Assembly (NCBI GenBank): GCA_048571215.1
Contig: CP182352.1
Span: forward strand, 416,001 to 480,000
Direction: 5' to 3'
Length of the DNA: 64,000 nt
Source of the DNA: Halarcobacter sp.
GTDB lineage: Bacteria > Campylobacterota > Campylobacteria > Campylobacterales > Arcobacteraceae
The translations under genes were made by a program, and so were the position numbers. Numbering within the stretch: position 1 is the first letter of the stretch; the number at the start of each line of letters is the position of its first letter. Of the stretch, positions 10,251 through 21,627 are shown piece after piece. A model generated the notes under the pieces. It saw only the letters and a program-made list of their open reading frames with translations. It was not told where the DNA came from and searched no databases.

Positions 10251-10442
10251 ATAAAGTGCAATATAAATCTGGAAACAAGATATTAATAGTATATATCAAT
10301 AAGAAGATTTATATTCTATAGTTGCTAAACTTATCGATATTTACAACTAGTAATTAAATGTATTAATAGGAGATAATAATTAATGAAATTTGGATTTTAA
10401 GTGGTCACGATTAAATAAAAAGGTGTTAGACACCATTTTCTT

Positions 10443-10492
10443 GTAAGCTCCTACGAATAAAGTTTTTTTTGCTTTGATTTATTTTGAAATCT
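10443..10492 (+). repeat. Partial (right half) copy of the ERIC-like element
   Basis: gtaagctcctac...tgctttgatttattttgaaatct aligns with 5297-5346 gtaagctcctac...tgccttgatttattttaaaatct. Confidence 0.65.
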
Positions 10493-10703
10493 CACTCAAA
10501 AAAACAATTCACAGAAAACCCAATACAATAAAATAATGATTTACTTATTTAATCTCATAATAAAATAATTAAATAAAAATTCAAACTATCGATATGCATA
10601 ATAATTAATAAAATATTAAGTAAAAAACTAGTTAATTAATTTTATTTTATATACCTTAGGTATATAATAGCTAAATATAGGATTAAAAACAGAAGGAACG
10701 ATT

Positions 10704-12920
10704 ATGAATTTAGGAAAAAGATTATCAATATTGATAATAAGTATTTCATTTATTGCATTAGTAATAAGTTTTATTGTATTGAATCAATACAAATCAGAAA
10801 TAAAAAATAATGTGTATGAGAATACGAAAGCCAATTTAATAACTAAATTAGACGATAAAATAGCAGGAAGATTAGAAGTTGGAATTACAAATGCTATTGC
10901 CTTTGCTAATGATCAATATATTGTTGATGCCTTAAGGACAAATAACAGAAGTTTGGCAATTAAAGAGTTGAATGTCATCGCTGATAAGTTTAGCAAGGAA
11001 GCAAATTTTAAAAAACTTAAAATTCATATTCATACAGCAGATATAAAATCTTTTCTAAGAGCATGGAAACCAAAAAAGTTTGGTGATGATTTAAGTGGTT
11101 TTAGACACACAATTAGTAAAGTTAAAGAGACAAAAAAATCACTCACAACCATTGAGATTGGTAATATAGGAATATTTCTGGTTGCCATTACTCCTGTAAT
11201 AGAAAATGGCACATATTTGGGTTCTTTGGAAATTTTACAACGTTTTAATATCCTTATTAATCAATTTAAAAAAGACAAAGAAAATCTTTTGGTGTTGTTG
11301 GATAATAAATTTGAATCAACTGCAAAATTGATGAAAAACAAAGTAAGAATAGGTAATTATATATTAAGTCAGTCTAAATATGATAAAGATTTTCTAACGG
11401 CAGCTCGAAAAATAGATTTTTCAACCCTTTTAAAAGAGGGCTATATTTTAGATGATAAATATTTTTATACATATAAAACAATTCAAGATTTTGAAGGTAA
11501 AAATATTGGGATCTCTCTTATAAGTGAAGATAAAAAAGTTGTTGATAATATTATTGATGATACTTCAAGTATTATCAATACTGCCTTATTGATAATTGTA
11601 TTATTGATTGTAGTTTTAACAACTACGATATTAATAAGTTTAAAAAAAGTTGTTTTAAATCCTTTAAATGATTTTCAACAAGGTTTATTGGAATTCTTTA
11701 AATTTCTTAATAAAGAGACAAAAAGTTCACCATTAATCAATATAAATACAAATGATGAAATTGGGGTTATGACAAAAGTTGTAAACCAAAATATTGAAAA
11801 TACTAAAACACTTATGGAGGAAGATGCCAAATTAATCGAAGATGTTAAACGAGTCGTTTCCTTAGTGGGTCAAGGAAAATTAAATCAAAGAATAGAAAAG
11901 TCAACCAAAGATGAGAATCTCACTGAGCTTAAAGATATTTTTAACAATATGCTTGATATTACAAGTAAAAATGTTTGTGAAGATATTAATAAAATTACTG
12001 CCGTTTTTGAAAGCTTTGCAAAATTAGATTTTAGACCAAGAGTAGAAAATGATGAAGGTGCTATTGCTAAAGGTATCAATAATCTTGCTGATATCATTAG
12101 CCAAATATTGATTGAAAATAAATCAAATGGCTTAACCTTAGAAGATAGTTCACATATGTTGATTAAAAATGTCAATACCTTAAATCAAAACTCAAATGAA
12201 GCGGCAGCTGCTTTAGAAGAGACAGCCGCTGCTTTAGAGGAGATTACGGGAAATATCTCAAATAATACCAACAATATTATAGAGATGTCAAATCTAGCTT
12301 CCCATGTTACAAGCTCAGCTTCCAATGGAGAAGAGTTGGCATCTATTACTACAAAAGCGATGAATGAAATTGATGTAGAAGTCAATGCCATTAATGATGC
12401 GATAACTGTTATTGACCAAATTGCATTCCAAACCAATATTTTAAGCCTTAATGCTGCAGTTGAATCAGCAACAGCAGGGGAAGCGGGAAAAGGGTTTGCT
12501 GTTGTTGCAGCTGAAGTACGAAATCTTGCTACAAGAAGTGCCGATGCTGCAAAAGAGATAAAAACTCTTGTTCTAAAAGCAACAGAAAAAGCAAATAATG
12601 GGAAAAAAATATCTGATGATATGATAAATGGGTATGTAACACTCAAGGATGATATCTCTAAAACGATACAATTAATTAAAAATGTAGAGATGGCATCTAA
12701 AGAGCAACTTGCTGGAATTGAACAGATTAATAATGCTGTAAATTCTTTAGATCAGCAAACGCAACAAAATGCAATGGTAGCTTCACAAACGCATCATATA
12801 GCTCAAGAAACTGATAATCTTGCAAAACTCATTGTTAATGATACCAATGCAAAAGAGTTTACAGGAAAAGAGGAAGTTAAAGCAAAACCTTCAAATAATC
12901 CACTTCAAGAAACAGCATAA
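10704..12920 (+). CDS. Methyl-accepting chemotaxis protein with a Cache-type periplasmic sensor
   Basis: Two TM segments, HAMP region, [37 protein letters not shown] signalling motif. Confidence 0.96.
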   Translation: MNLGKRLSILIISISFIALVISFIVLNQYKSEIKNNVYENTKANLITKLDDKIAGRLEVGITNAIAFANDQYIVDALRTNNRSLAIKELNVIADKFSKEANFKKLKIHIHTADIKSFLRAWKPKKFGDDLSGFRHTISKVKETKKSLTTIEIGNIGIFLVAITPVIENGTYLGSLEILQRFNILINQFKKDKENLLVLLDNKFESTAKLMKNKVRIGNYILSQSKYDKDFLTAARKIDFSTLLKEGYILDDKYFYTYKTIQDFEGKNIGISLISEDKKVVDNIIDDTSSIINTALLIIVLLIVVLTTTILISLKKVVLNPLNDFQQGLLEFFKFLNKETKSSPLININTNDEIGVMTKVVNQNIENTKTLMEEDAKLIEDVKRVVSLVGQGKLNQRIEKSTKDENLTELKDIFNNMLDITSKNVCEDINKITAVFESFAKLDFRPRVENDEGAIAKGINNLADIISQILIENKSNGLTLEDSSHMLIKNVNTLNQNSNEAAAALEETAAALEEITGNISNNTNNIIEMSNLASHVTSSASNGEELASITTKAMNEIDVEVNAINDAITVIDQIAFQTNILSLNAAVESATAGEAGKGFAVVAAEVRNLATRSADAAKEIKTLVLKATEKANNGKKISDDMINGYVTLKDDISKTIQLIKNVEMASKEQLAGIEQINNAVNSLDQQTQQNAMVASQTHHIAQETDNLAKLIVNDTNAKEFTGKEEVKAKPSNNPLQETA

Positions 12921-12949
12921 AAAATAGGACATTTAATATTTTTTACTCT

Positions 12950-12978
12950 ATAAAAGCAACTTTATAAGTTGCTTTTAT
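12950..12978 (+). terminator. Intrinsic terminator after the MCP gene
   Basis: ataaaagcaactt/aagttgcttttat inverted repeat. Confidence 0.75.
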
Positions 12979-13158
12979 TCTAAATTGAAAAAAAGGTAAC
13001 AGGCACAATTTTAAGGGTTTTGAGAATTATTTATTATAAATGAGTTAGGATTTATTATTACTATTAGTTTTTTATATGGTTCGTTAAATGGTATTTTTCT
13101 ATCAAGAAGTATTGTTATAATGCAATCAAAAATATATAATAAAACATTGGAAAATGAA

Positions 13159-13677
<519 letters not shown>

Positions 13678-13704
13678 AATTAAAAATTTAGTATATAAAG
13701 ATGT

Positions 13705-13869
13705 ATGTTCCCAAGGAATATAATCTTTAATTGTTGGAAAAATGCTGGTGATGTGATTCATCATCCTTCCAATGTAATTCATTCTGTAAAAGCAGCTAAT
13801 GAACCGGTTTTGATACTAAACTTGTGGAGAGGTGGTAGTTTTGAAATGCCCGTAATTACAAATAAATAG
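13705..13869 (+). pseudogene. C-terminal fragment of a cupin resembling DddQ/DddL-type DMSP lyases (54 aa)
   Basis: Translation ..WKNAGDVIHHPSNVIHSVKAANEPVLILNLWRGG.. has cupin motif 2 but no motif 1. Confidence 0.55.
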
Positions 13870-13936
13870 AGCATAAAATCATTGAAACATGATATTTCAT
13901 CTTACTAAATATAGCTTAAATAAAGGAGATATAGAT

Positions 13937-15100
13937 ATGGAAAGTATTCTTAACTGCACTGGACATGAATTAAAAATTCCAAATATTGTAAAAAGTGATG
14001 GGGTATATCTATTTGATGCCAATGAAAAACGATATATGGATTTGGAGTCTGGTGTTTGGTGTACATCCTTAGGACATAAAAATCGTAGAATTAATGGTGT
14101 CATTAAAGAGCAGATTGATCAAATCATGCACGCAGGCTTTTGTTACTCTAGTGAAATAGTTGATAAAGCGGCAAAATCAATTCTCAATATTGTGGGGTTT
14201 AACAAGGGGAAAAGTGTATTCATAAGTTCAGGTAGTGAAGCGGTTGAGATATCAAGACAGATGGCTAAACATCTTACTGAAAAACATATATCATTGACAC
14301 TTCATGACTCTTATTTAGGGGCATATTCTTCACTAATTGAGAAAACTAGTAATTGGTATTTAGTAAATTGGGAGCAATGTAAAGTATGCCCTGATAAAGA
14401 AAAGTGTAATTTATCATGTAAAGTGCTTCAAGATATACCCAAAGATGTGTCTGAATTCATCTTTGAACCAGGTAGTTCTTCTGGATTTGTTAGATTCCCT
14501 CCAAAAGCTTTAATCCAAAATATTGTCCAAATTGTACGAGACAATGGAGGAAAAATTATTGCAAATGAGGTAACAACAGGTATTGGACGAACTGGTAAAT
14601 GGTTTGGGTTTCAGCATTATGATATCATTCCTGATTTTGTAGCTGTTGGAAAGGGAATTGGTAATGGCTACCCTGTTAGTATTACTCTCATTAATGAAGC
14701 TAGCAGTAAGCAGTTAGAGTTAAAACCATTTCATTATTCTCAATCTCATCAAAACGATCCCTTAGGTGCTGCAGTAGTTAAAGAGGTTATTCAAACAATA
14801 AGAGATGAAAATCTCATAGAGCGTGCACAAAAAAATGCAGAGATATTTAATGCTCAACTCCATTCCATTGTTGATGGAGAAGTTATTACAGCAATTCGTG
14901 GAAGAGGTTTGATGTTTGCCATTGATTTGGCAAGCGAGAAAATAACAAATGAGATATATGATAAATTGTTAGAACATGGCTATATTGTATGTAATCGAGG
15001 CTCTTTTCTTAGACTTGATCCACCTCTTATTATAACTGAGAAACAGTTTAGCGAATTTATAGATACACTCTCTTTTATTGTTGCTTCAATAAAAAAGTGA
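13937..15100 (+). CDS. Class III PLP-dependent aminotransferase
   Basis: DLESGVWCTSLGH, SGSEAVE, NEVTTGIGRTG and VGKGIGNG (PLP Lys); aaggag RBS before ATG 13937. Confidence 0.92.
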   Translation: MESILNCTGHELKIPNIVKSDGVYLFDANEKRYMDLESGVWCTSLGHKNRRINGVIKEQIDQIMHAGFCYSSEIVDKAAKSILNIVGFNKGKSVFISSGSEAVEISRQMAKHLTEKHISLTLHDSYLGAYSSLIEKTSNWYLVNWEQCKVCPDKEKCNLSCKVLQDIPKDVSEFIFEPGSSSGFVRFPPKALIQNIVQIVRDNGGKIIANEVTTGIGRTGKWFGFQHYDIIPDFVAVGKGIGNGYPVSITLINEASSKQLELKPFHYSQSHQNDPLGAAVVKEVIQTIRDENLIERAQKNAEIFNAQLHSIVDGEVITAIRGRGLMFAIDLASEKITNEIYDKLLEHGYIVCNRGSFLRLDPPLIITEKQFSEFIDTLSFIVASIKK

Positions 15101-15645
15101 AGAATTAAAACTTATTTCTAATAATATTAACTATTTACTAATAATCTTCATTATAAAAATATAATAAATTAATATATTTAAGTGCTTTATTTATATAATA
15201 TATATCAAAAAATAGTTATAATATAAAAATAAATATTATTTTAATAGTCATACAAATTTATCAAAATATAATATAGTTTTTATATTAGAGAATAAAGAAT
15301 TATTATATCCATTAACAAAGAATGAAAGGGTATAAAATTTTATGATTTAACATCAAAAATGATGAAGTAAAATGTTAGAGATTGAAAATATAAATTGGCA
15401 AAAAACATATTGAATATTAATCATTATATACAATTATTTCAAATGATAGATTTAAAGGAGTAGTTATTATAACAAAACATAGTAGTCATCTTATTGGCTA
15501 CTATGTTTTGTTATCTCGGACGTTTAGTATCTGAGATAACAGCAGTGTGGGTTAAATCTCACTAGTTAAGTTTTGGTGTTTAAAGGAGTGTCGCACCATA
15601 GAGCTAATACTTTTAGATGCTCTAAAAATATTAAAGGAATATATA

Positions 15646-16113
15646 ATGGAATCACAAGTGGTAAATGAAACGTTTACGTCATGCCCAGTTATTTGGAAAA
15701 AGGAATATGAAGGTAAAATAGCTGTTGTTCATTGGTCTGGACTTGGATCTTTAGAAAAATGTGGAGATAAATTTTATATGCAAGTTGATGTGTTAGTATT
15801 TGGAACTCATCATAGATTTAAATTGCCCGTAATAGGAAATGAAGAAAAATATATAACTATTGATGGAATAAGAGGATGGTATAAAATCAGTGGTTTTAGT
15901 TTAACAGATCAATCAATTCGTTTTCATATTGAAATTCAAGTTCAATTTGTATTTTGGTATAAAGTAGTTAGTGATTGGGTTGTAGCATCTTTTCCTAAGT
16001 TAAATTCCTACAAATTATCAAGTATTATTTTAGAGCAGGCAAAAGATATTGATAATCTAACTGGCTTAGAAAATCTATCAAATGAAAACTGGACAAAACA
16101 AGACCCTCAATAA
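15646..16113 (+). CDS. Hypothetical protein (155 aa, beta-rich)
   Basis: ORF with aagga RBS; no recognised motif. Confidence 0.7.
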   Translation: MESQVVNETFTSCPVIWKKEYEGKIAVVHWSGLGSLEKCGDKFYMQVDVLVFGTHHRFKLPVIGNEEKYITIDGIRGWYKISGFSLTDQSIRFHIEIQVQFVFWYKVVSDWVVASFPKLNSYKLSSIILEQAKDIDNLTGLENLSNENWTKQDPQ

Positions 16114-16151
16114 CCAATCACAATTGGTTTTTTTGGAGAATTAATATAGCG

Positions 16152-16193
16152 ATTAGGTGAAGTAGGTGTGCTAAAGCATACACGCTTTACCTA
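16152..16193. repeat. GTAG-type REP-like hairpin
   Basis: ttaggtgaa-GTAG-gtgtgct-aa-agcatac..gctttacctaa nested stem. Confidence 0.45.
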
Positions 16194-16327
16194 AGCATTA
16201 TTTGACACTCTACATTCCAAATAACAGCAACGTAGAAAAATAATATAGAATTCTGAGGAGATGATAACTAATTAAGAAAAATATAAAAATAAATAGGAAG
16301 AATAATACTAAATTTATATCCTAAAGG

Positions 16328-16651
16328 TTGAATTCTCACTTTCAAGACCCATGGGTTGCTTTTTATTTTACTTTTTTCAATAAAAAAGTGAATATTCAAA
16401 ATGTATCTCTCATAATATTTGCTAAAAAATGGACAAGAATTTGTTTAAATATATTTGGTATTATTGTTATTTTAATGTTAGGAATAATACTAATTGTAAA
16501 AATGGGTGATTTACAATTTTCTGAAATTGAAGTAAAAATTGCTATTGTTCTTGTTTTAAGTAGTTTATATTTTTTGAAATTTCGTTATGATAATTTTAAG
16601 ATAAGACAAGAATATAAAAAATTATATCAAACATATAAAATACTTATTTAA
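16328..16651 (+). CDS. Small hypothetical membrane protein (start uncertain, possibly a remnant)
   Basis: Two hydrophobic segments; TTG start after aagg. Confidence 0.45.
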   Translation: MNSHFQDPWVAFYFTFFNKKVNIQNVSLIIFAKKWTRICLNIFGIIVILMLGIILIVKMGDLQFSEIEVKIAIVLVLSSLYFLKFRYDNFKIRQEYKKLYQTYKILI

Positions 16652-16889
16652 GGGCTTTGAGAATAACATTAAAAATATTTCTTATTAGGTGAATTTATAT
16701 ATTATTTATATATAATGTCTTACTAATAATTGCTTATATAAAGGTCAAATATGAAGCAATGTCCTAATTGTAATAGATTGAATTTTATTCCATCAAATGA
16801 AACAAAATGTGAATAAAAAGGATTGACAAAAACTCAAGCCTTTTTTTCATTTACTAGGAGACAAATCTTATATTAAAAAAAGGAAAAAT

Positions 16890-17552
16890 ATGCTTGAATC
16901 AGATGTTTTTGCCAGAACAAAAACCACTGCTGAAATTATTTCAGATGTTAAATATAATCTAGCTATAGGGCTAGTTTTATGTTGGGGTTTTTTTGTAAAT
17001 TGGTTATTAGTAACTAATGTTGATCCAAATTATTTACGAAGTATAAATATTTGGGTTTTTTTAATAGGATATTTTGCTTCATGTTTTTTTGGAGTATATC
17101 TATTTAACAAATCAGATAAAGCATTTGTTAGTTTCGTAGGTTATAACTTTGTTGTTGTTCCTTTTGGATTGATTGTAAATATGGTAGTATCCCAATATGA
17201 TACGGCGTTAGTTTTGGATGCCATAAGGATTACTGCTTTTGTAACTATTATTATGATGATTTTAGGTTCTATGTTTCCAAGTTTTTTTAAAAGCATAATT
17301 AGTGGCCTAACTATGGCATTATTAGCTATGATTGCGATTGAGCTTTTTCAAATCTTTGTATTAGGAATTCATCAAAATTGGATAGATTGGGCTGTTGCTA
17401 TTATTTTTTGTGGATATATTGGTTATGATTGGGGACGTGCAAATCAAATACCAAAAACATTAGATAATGCAGTTGATAGCGCAGCTGCACTATATATGGA
17501 TATTATCAATTTGTTTTTAAGAATTTTAAGAATTCTTGGTAGAAGAAGATAA
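16890..17552 (+). CDS. Bax inhibitor-1/YccA (US12-like) membrane protein
   Basis: About 7 TM segments; C-terminal AVDSAAALYMDIINLFLRILRILG motif. Confidence 0.9.
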   Translation: MLESDVFARTKTTAEIISDVKYNLAIGLVLCWGFFVNWLLVTNVDPNYLRSINIWVFLIGYFASCFFGVYLFNKSDKAFVSFVGYNFVVVPFGLIVNMVVSQYDTALVLDAIRITAFVTIIMMILGSMFPSFFKSIISGLTMALLAMIAIELFQIFVLGIHQNWIDWAVAIIFCGYIGYDWGRANQIPKTLDNAVDSAAALYMDIINLFLRILRILGRRR

Positions 17553-17620
17553 AATACAACAAATTAATTGAGACAATAAATTACCTGTGTGGAAATTTAT
17601 TAGCTCATTTTAAACGTATT
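17553..17620 (+). repeat. Degenerate attC-like hairpin
   Basis: aatacAAC directly after the stop codon; stems tgag/ctca and aataaatt/aatttatt; ends in aaacgtatt. Confidence 0.45.
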
Positions 17621-17639
17621 TTAAGGGAGAAAACAAACA

Positions 17640-18236
17640 TTGAAACAAATATTTGAGATTACAAATAAAGAAATAATAAATGAAGTATTAAACAATGCAG
17701 AATATGGGACATTAGCACTATGCGATAACAACAAACCATATAGTTTACCTATAAATTTTGTAGAATACAATGATGAGATTTATTTTCATGGTTCGAAAAA
17801 AGGTAGAAAAATGGATATTTTAAAAAACAATCAGTTTGCTTCATTTTCTGTAGTTGAATCATATTCTATGATACAGTCTTACTTTAGTTCAAATGATGGT
17901 TTAGCTTGTCCGGCTACTCATTTTTTTAAATCAATAATAATTGATGGTGAAATCAAGTTTATTGAAAACTATGATGAAAAAGTTCAAGCTCTATCAGAAC
18001 TCATGAAAAAACTACAAAAAGAGGGTAAATACAAACCTCTTAGTGATGAAGTTTATCAAAAATCAATAGATGCTACAACAATTTATAAACTAGTTCCAAA
18101 TAAAATAAAAGCAAAATTTAAATTTGGACAACATCTAAATCAAGATAGATTTAATATGATAATTAAACATCTTGAAGAAAGAGGAAATAAAAAAGATATT
18201 TTGACCATCAAATTAATGAAAGAGTTAAAAGATTAA
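17640..18236 (+). CDS. Pyridoxamine 5'-phosphate oxidase/NimA-like flavin-binding protein
   Basis: GTLAL..PYSLPINF..IYFHGSKKGRK..FKSIIIDG..AKFKFGQ. Confidence 0.88.
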   Translation: MKQIFEITNKEIINEVLNNAEYGTLALCDNNKPYSLPINFVEYNDEIYFHGSKKGRKMDILKNNQFASFSVVESYSMIQSYFSSNDGLACPATHFFKSIIIDGEIKFIENYDEKVQALSELMKKLQKEGKYKPLSDEVYQKSIDATTIYKLVPNKIKAKFKFGQHLNQDRFNMIIKHLEERGNKKDILTIKLMKELKD

Positions 18237-18314
18237 TATTAAAGAAAAAATGTGAAAGATATATGAGTTTTCAATCTTTTACAAATATATAATAAATTAT
18301 GGAGAGAAATATTT

Positions 18315-18800
18315 ATGAAACAAAAAGGAACGCTCACTTTTTTTTGTGGAAAAATGGGAGCTGGAAAAACTACAAAATCAAAAACATTATCAATAAAAAA
18401 GAATGCAGTACTTCTTTCAGAAGATGATTGGCTCGAAGCTCACTATCCTAATCAGATAAACTCTTTTGATGATTTTATAAAATTTTCTACACTTATAAAA
18501 CCTTTTGTAAAGTCGCATGTACAACAGATTTTAAAAACTGGTACAAATGTAGTTATGGATTTTCCTGCAAATACAAAAAAACAAAGAAAATGGTTCAAAC
18601 AATTATGTGATGAGATTGAGTGTAATCATGAGCTTATCTTCCTTGATTTGAGTAATCAACAGTGTTTAGAGCATATAGCTAAACGAAGAGAGCAACAACC
18701 ACATAGAGCACAGTTTGACAATGAAGATGTATTTAACCATGTAACACAATATTTTGAAGCTCCATTGGCAGATGAAGACTTTAACATATTAAAAGAATAA
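18315..18800 (+). CDS. P-loop kinase-like ATP-binding protein (AAA_33-type)
   Basis: CGKMGAGKTT Walker A, LSEDDW and VVMDFPAN. Confidence 0.88.
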   Translation: MKQKGTLTFFCGKMGAGKTTKSKTLSIKKNAVLLSEDDWLEAHYPNQINSFDDFIKFSTLIKPFVKSHVQQILKTGTNVVMDFPANTKKQRKWFKQLCDEIECNHELIFLDLSNQQCLEHIAKRREQQPHRAQFDNEDVFNHVTQYFEAPLADEDFNILKE

Positions 18801-18870
18801 GATTTGAAACATCGTATAGTTTTAAAGCTTAAAGGTGTGAAATTTTAATTTATTGGGTGGAGTAAATATT

Positions 18871-19572
18871 ATGAAAACAATTGGATTATTAGGTGGTATG
18901 AGTTGGGAATCAAGCTTATCTTACTATAAGATTATCAATCAACAAACCAATAAAATTTTAGGGCATCAAAACAATGCTAAATCTATTTTATTTACTGTAA
19001 ATTTTGAAGAGATAGAAAAACTACAACATCAGAATCGTTGGAATGAGGCTGTTAGGATACTTATTGATGCTTGTTTGTCTTTGCAAAATGGTGGAGCTGA
19101 TTTTATTGTAGTATGTACAAATACTATGCATAAACTTTTACCACAAATTAAAGCGCATATAAAAATACCTTTTTTACATATTGCGGAAGCAACTGCCTCT
19201 GTGATTAAAAAGAAAGATAAAAAAAATATTTTGCTTCTTGGTACAAAATTTACAATGAGTGAAGATTTTTATAAACAAATACTCATAGATGAAGGGATAG
19301 ATGTAATAACTCCTGATGAAGATGATATGAATATTATTCATAAAATTATATACGATGAATTATGTTTAGGAACAATCTCTAAACAATCAAAGCAAATATA
19401 TCTTGATATTATAAATAAACAACAAAATATACAAGGTGTGATTTTAGGATGTACTGAAATAGGACTTTTAATTTCTCAAGATGATTTGGATATAGAAGTA
19501 TTTGATACTACTTATATTCATGCTATTGAGGCAGTAGAATATGCTTTATCAAATTATAGGGATAAGATCTAA
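18871..19572 (+). CDS. Aspartate/glutamate racemase family protein (YgeA-like)
   Basis: MKTIGLLGGMSWES with the CTNTMH and LGCTEI catalytic Cys pair. Confidence 0.93.
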   Translation: MKTIGLLGGMSWESSLSYYKIINQQTNKILGHQNNAKSILFTVNFEEIEKLQHQNRWNEAVRILIDACLSLQNGGADFIVVCTNTMHKLLPQIKAHIKIPFLHIAEATASVIKKKDKKNILLLGTKFTMSEDFYKQILIDEGIDVITPDEDDMNIIHKIIYDELCLGTISKQSKQIYLDIINKQQNIQGVILGCTEIGLLISQDDLDIEVFDTTYIHAIEAVEYALSNYRDKI

Positions 19573-19591
19573 ATATAATGGAAGTCTTAAT

Positions 19592-19620
19592 ATACCAATA
19601 GTTTTAAAGCTATTGGTATA
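19592..19620. terminator. Bidirectional terminator
   Basis: tataccaatag..ctattggtata inverted repeat between convergent genes. Confidence 0.7.
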
Positions 19621-19626
19621 AATTCT

Positions 19627-21627
19627 CTAATCTATAGGTATAACAGGATTTAATCCTGCAGTAATATGTAAAAAGTGTCTGTGTTTTTCAAATTGATCAA
19701 TAATATCATTTGCAACAACATCCATCTCATACCCATAAATATCATAGGCTTTATTACCATCTTGTAAATAAACCTCTGCTCTAGCATATTTCTTTTGTTC
19801 ATGAGTAGGATTAACTATCTCAGGAAAAGCATATGTAGGGGTATCATATCTACTGAATCTTACTTCATAAATAAAGTCTAAATCACCATTGTGTTCTACT
19901 GTTAAAACAGAAACACTTTTCTCTTTATTATTGGTAACTTCTACATTCCATCCATGTCTTTCAAGCTCTTCTTCTACAGTTTTCATGGCAGTAATTACAT
20001 CCTCATTGATGTATCTTCGTGTCTCTTCTGGTGGTGGAAATTCAATAAGTCTTGAAAGTCTATTTTGCCAAGTCCCAGATATTTTTCCATGTCGTCCTGC
20101 ATTCATATGATGTTGAAGTGACTCATATCTTATAGATTCCAAATGTAAGGCTTTATAAAGTCCCCAACACGCAATAAGCATAATAATAGCAAAGGGTAAA
20201 GCAATAACAATAGAGGCTGCTTGTAAGGCTGCTAATCCACCAGCTATTAGTAATGCTGCTGCAACTACACCTTCAAGTAGTGCCCAAAATATTCTTTGCC
20301 ATACCGGATTATTTTCTCTTCCTCCACTTGAAATAGTATCAACTACCAATGAACCTGAATCTGAAGAAGTTACAAAGAAAGTAACAACTAAGATAATAGC
20401 AAGGATTGAAACAATACCAGAAAAAGGAAAGTGTTCTAAAAATTTAAATAAAGCAGTTGCAACATCTGCTGATACAGCTGAACCTAGATTTGTAAATCCC
20501 TCTTTCATAATTGCATGTAGTGCACTGTTTCCAAAAACTGTCATCCAAACTAAAGTAAATCCAACAGGAACAAATAACACTCCAAGAACAAACTCTCTTA
20601 TGGTTCTACCTCGTGAAACCCTTGCAATAAACATCCCTACAAAAGGTGCCCAAGCAATCCACCAAGCCCAATAGAAAAATGTCCACCAGCCCATCCATTG
20701 TGTATCTAGATAAATGTATTGGTTGAAAGTCATTTGTACAACATGTGATAAGTAATTTCCTATATTTTGAACTAAAGCTCCAAGTAAGAAAAAGCTTGGA
20801 CCTGCTATAAATACAAATAAAACAAGTGCTATTGCAAGATAAAGGTTTAGTTCAGATAAACGTTTGATCCCTCCATCAAGTCCTAAAACAACAGAAACTG
20901 TTGCCATAGTTGTAATAATAGCAATCAAAATAATTTGTGTGGTAAGCCCAACAGGGATATCGAAAATATAATTAAGTCCTGCATTTACCTGTAATACTCC
21001 TAGTCCCAATGAAGTTGCAACCCCAAAAATAGTTCCAAGTATTGCAACTGTATCAACACTATGTCCTATTTTTCCATAAATCTTGTCACCTATCATAGGA
21101 TAAAGTGCTGATCTAATAGAAAGGGGTAATCCATGTCTAAAAGAAAAATATGCTAGGACTAAACCAACAACAGCATAAATTGCCCAAGCGTGTAATCCCC
21201 AGTGAAAAAAAGTAATCCTCATAGCTTGTTTAGCAGCTTCAATTGTTTCTTTATCACCCACAGGAGGTGCACCATAGTGCATAACAGGTTCTGCTACACC
21301 CCAGAACATAAGTCCAATTCCCATACCAGCACTAAAAAGCATGGCAAACCATGAAAGATTACTATAAGCTGGCTTTGATTGGTCAGGTCCAAGTTTAAAT
21401 CGTCCAAAGGGAGAAATTGCTAAAGATATCACAAATATAGTGAAAATTCCAACGCTTAACATATAAAGCCAACCAAATTTATCGGCTATAAATTGTTTCA
21501 TACCATTAAAAGTTTCACCTGCTATTTGAGGCATTGTTATTGCAAATATCACAAGTATTACAATAATTGCAACAGATGGATAAAAAACAGGTTTTAAAAT
21601 AGTTGATTTTTTTTTCTTGTTTTCCAT
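19627..21627 (-). CDS. BCCT-family transporter with a BetT-like C-terminal extension
   Basis: SWFAMLFSAGMGIGLMFWGVAEP, FFHWGLHAW and WTFFYWAWWIAWAPFVGMFIARVSRGRTIREF. Confidence 0.95.
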   Translation of the reverse strand: MENKKKKSTILKPVFYPSVAIIVILVIFAITMPQIAGETFNGMKQFIADKFGWLYMLSVGIFTIFVISLAISPFGRFKLGPDQSKPAYSNLSWFAMLFSAGMGIGLMFWGVAEPVMHYGAPPVGDKETIEAAKQAMRITFFHWGLHAWAIYAVVGLVLAYFSFRHGLPLSIRSALYPMIGDKIYGKIGHSVDTVAILGTIFGVATSLGLGVLQVNAGLNYIFDIPVGLTTQIILIAIITTMATVSVVLGLDGGIKRLSELNLYLAIALVLFVFIAGPSFFLLGALVQNIGNYLSHVVQMTFNQYIYLDTQWMGWWTFFYWAWWIAWAPFVGMFIARVSRGRTIREFVLGVLFVPVGFTLVWMTVFGNSALHAIMKEGFTNLGSAVSADVATALFKFLEHFPFSGIVSILAIILVVTFFVTSSDSGSLVVDTISSGGRENNPVWQRIFWALLEGVVAAALLIAGGLAALQAASIVIALPFAIIMLIACWGLYKALHLESIRYESLQHHMNAGRHGKISGTWQNRLSRLIEFPPPEETRRYINEDVITAMKTVEEELERHGWNVEVTNNKEKSVSVLTVEHNGDLDFIYEVRFSRYDTPTYAFPEIVNPTHEQKKYARAEVYLQDGNKAYDIYGYEMDVVANDIIDQFEKHRHFLHITAGLNPVIPID

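Noticed and set aside
15544..15563. tRNA gene suggested by a T-arm-like hairpin
   Set aside because: No cloverleaf, acceptor stem or TTC motif
16751..16816. 21-aa ORF MKQCPNCNRL.. with CxxC and an RBS
   Set aside because: Too short to call; at most the remnant of a zinc-ribbon gene
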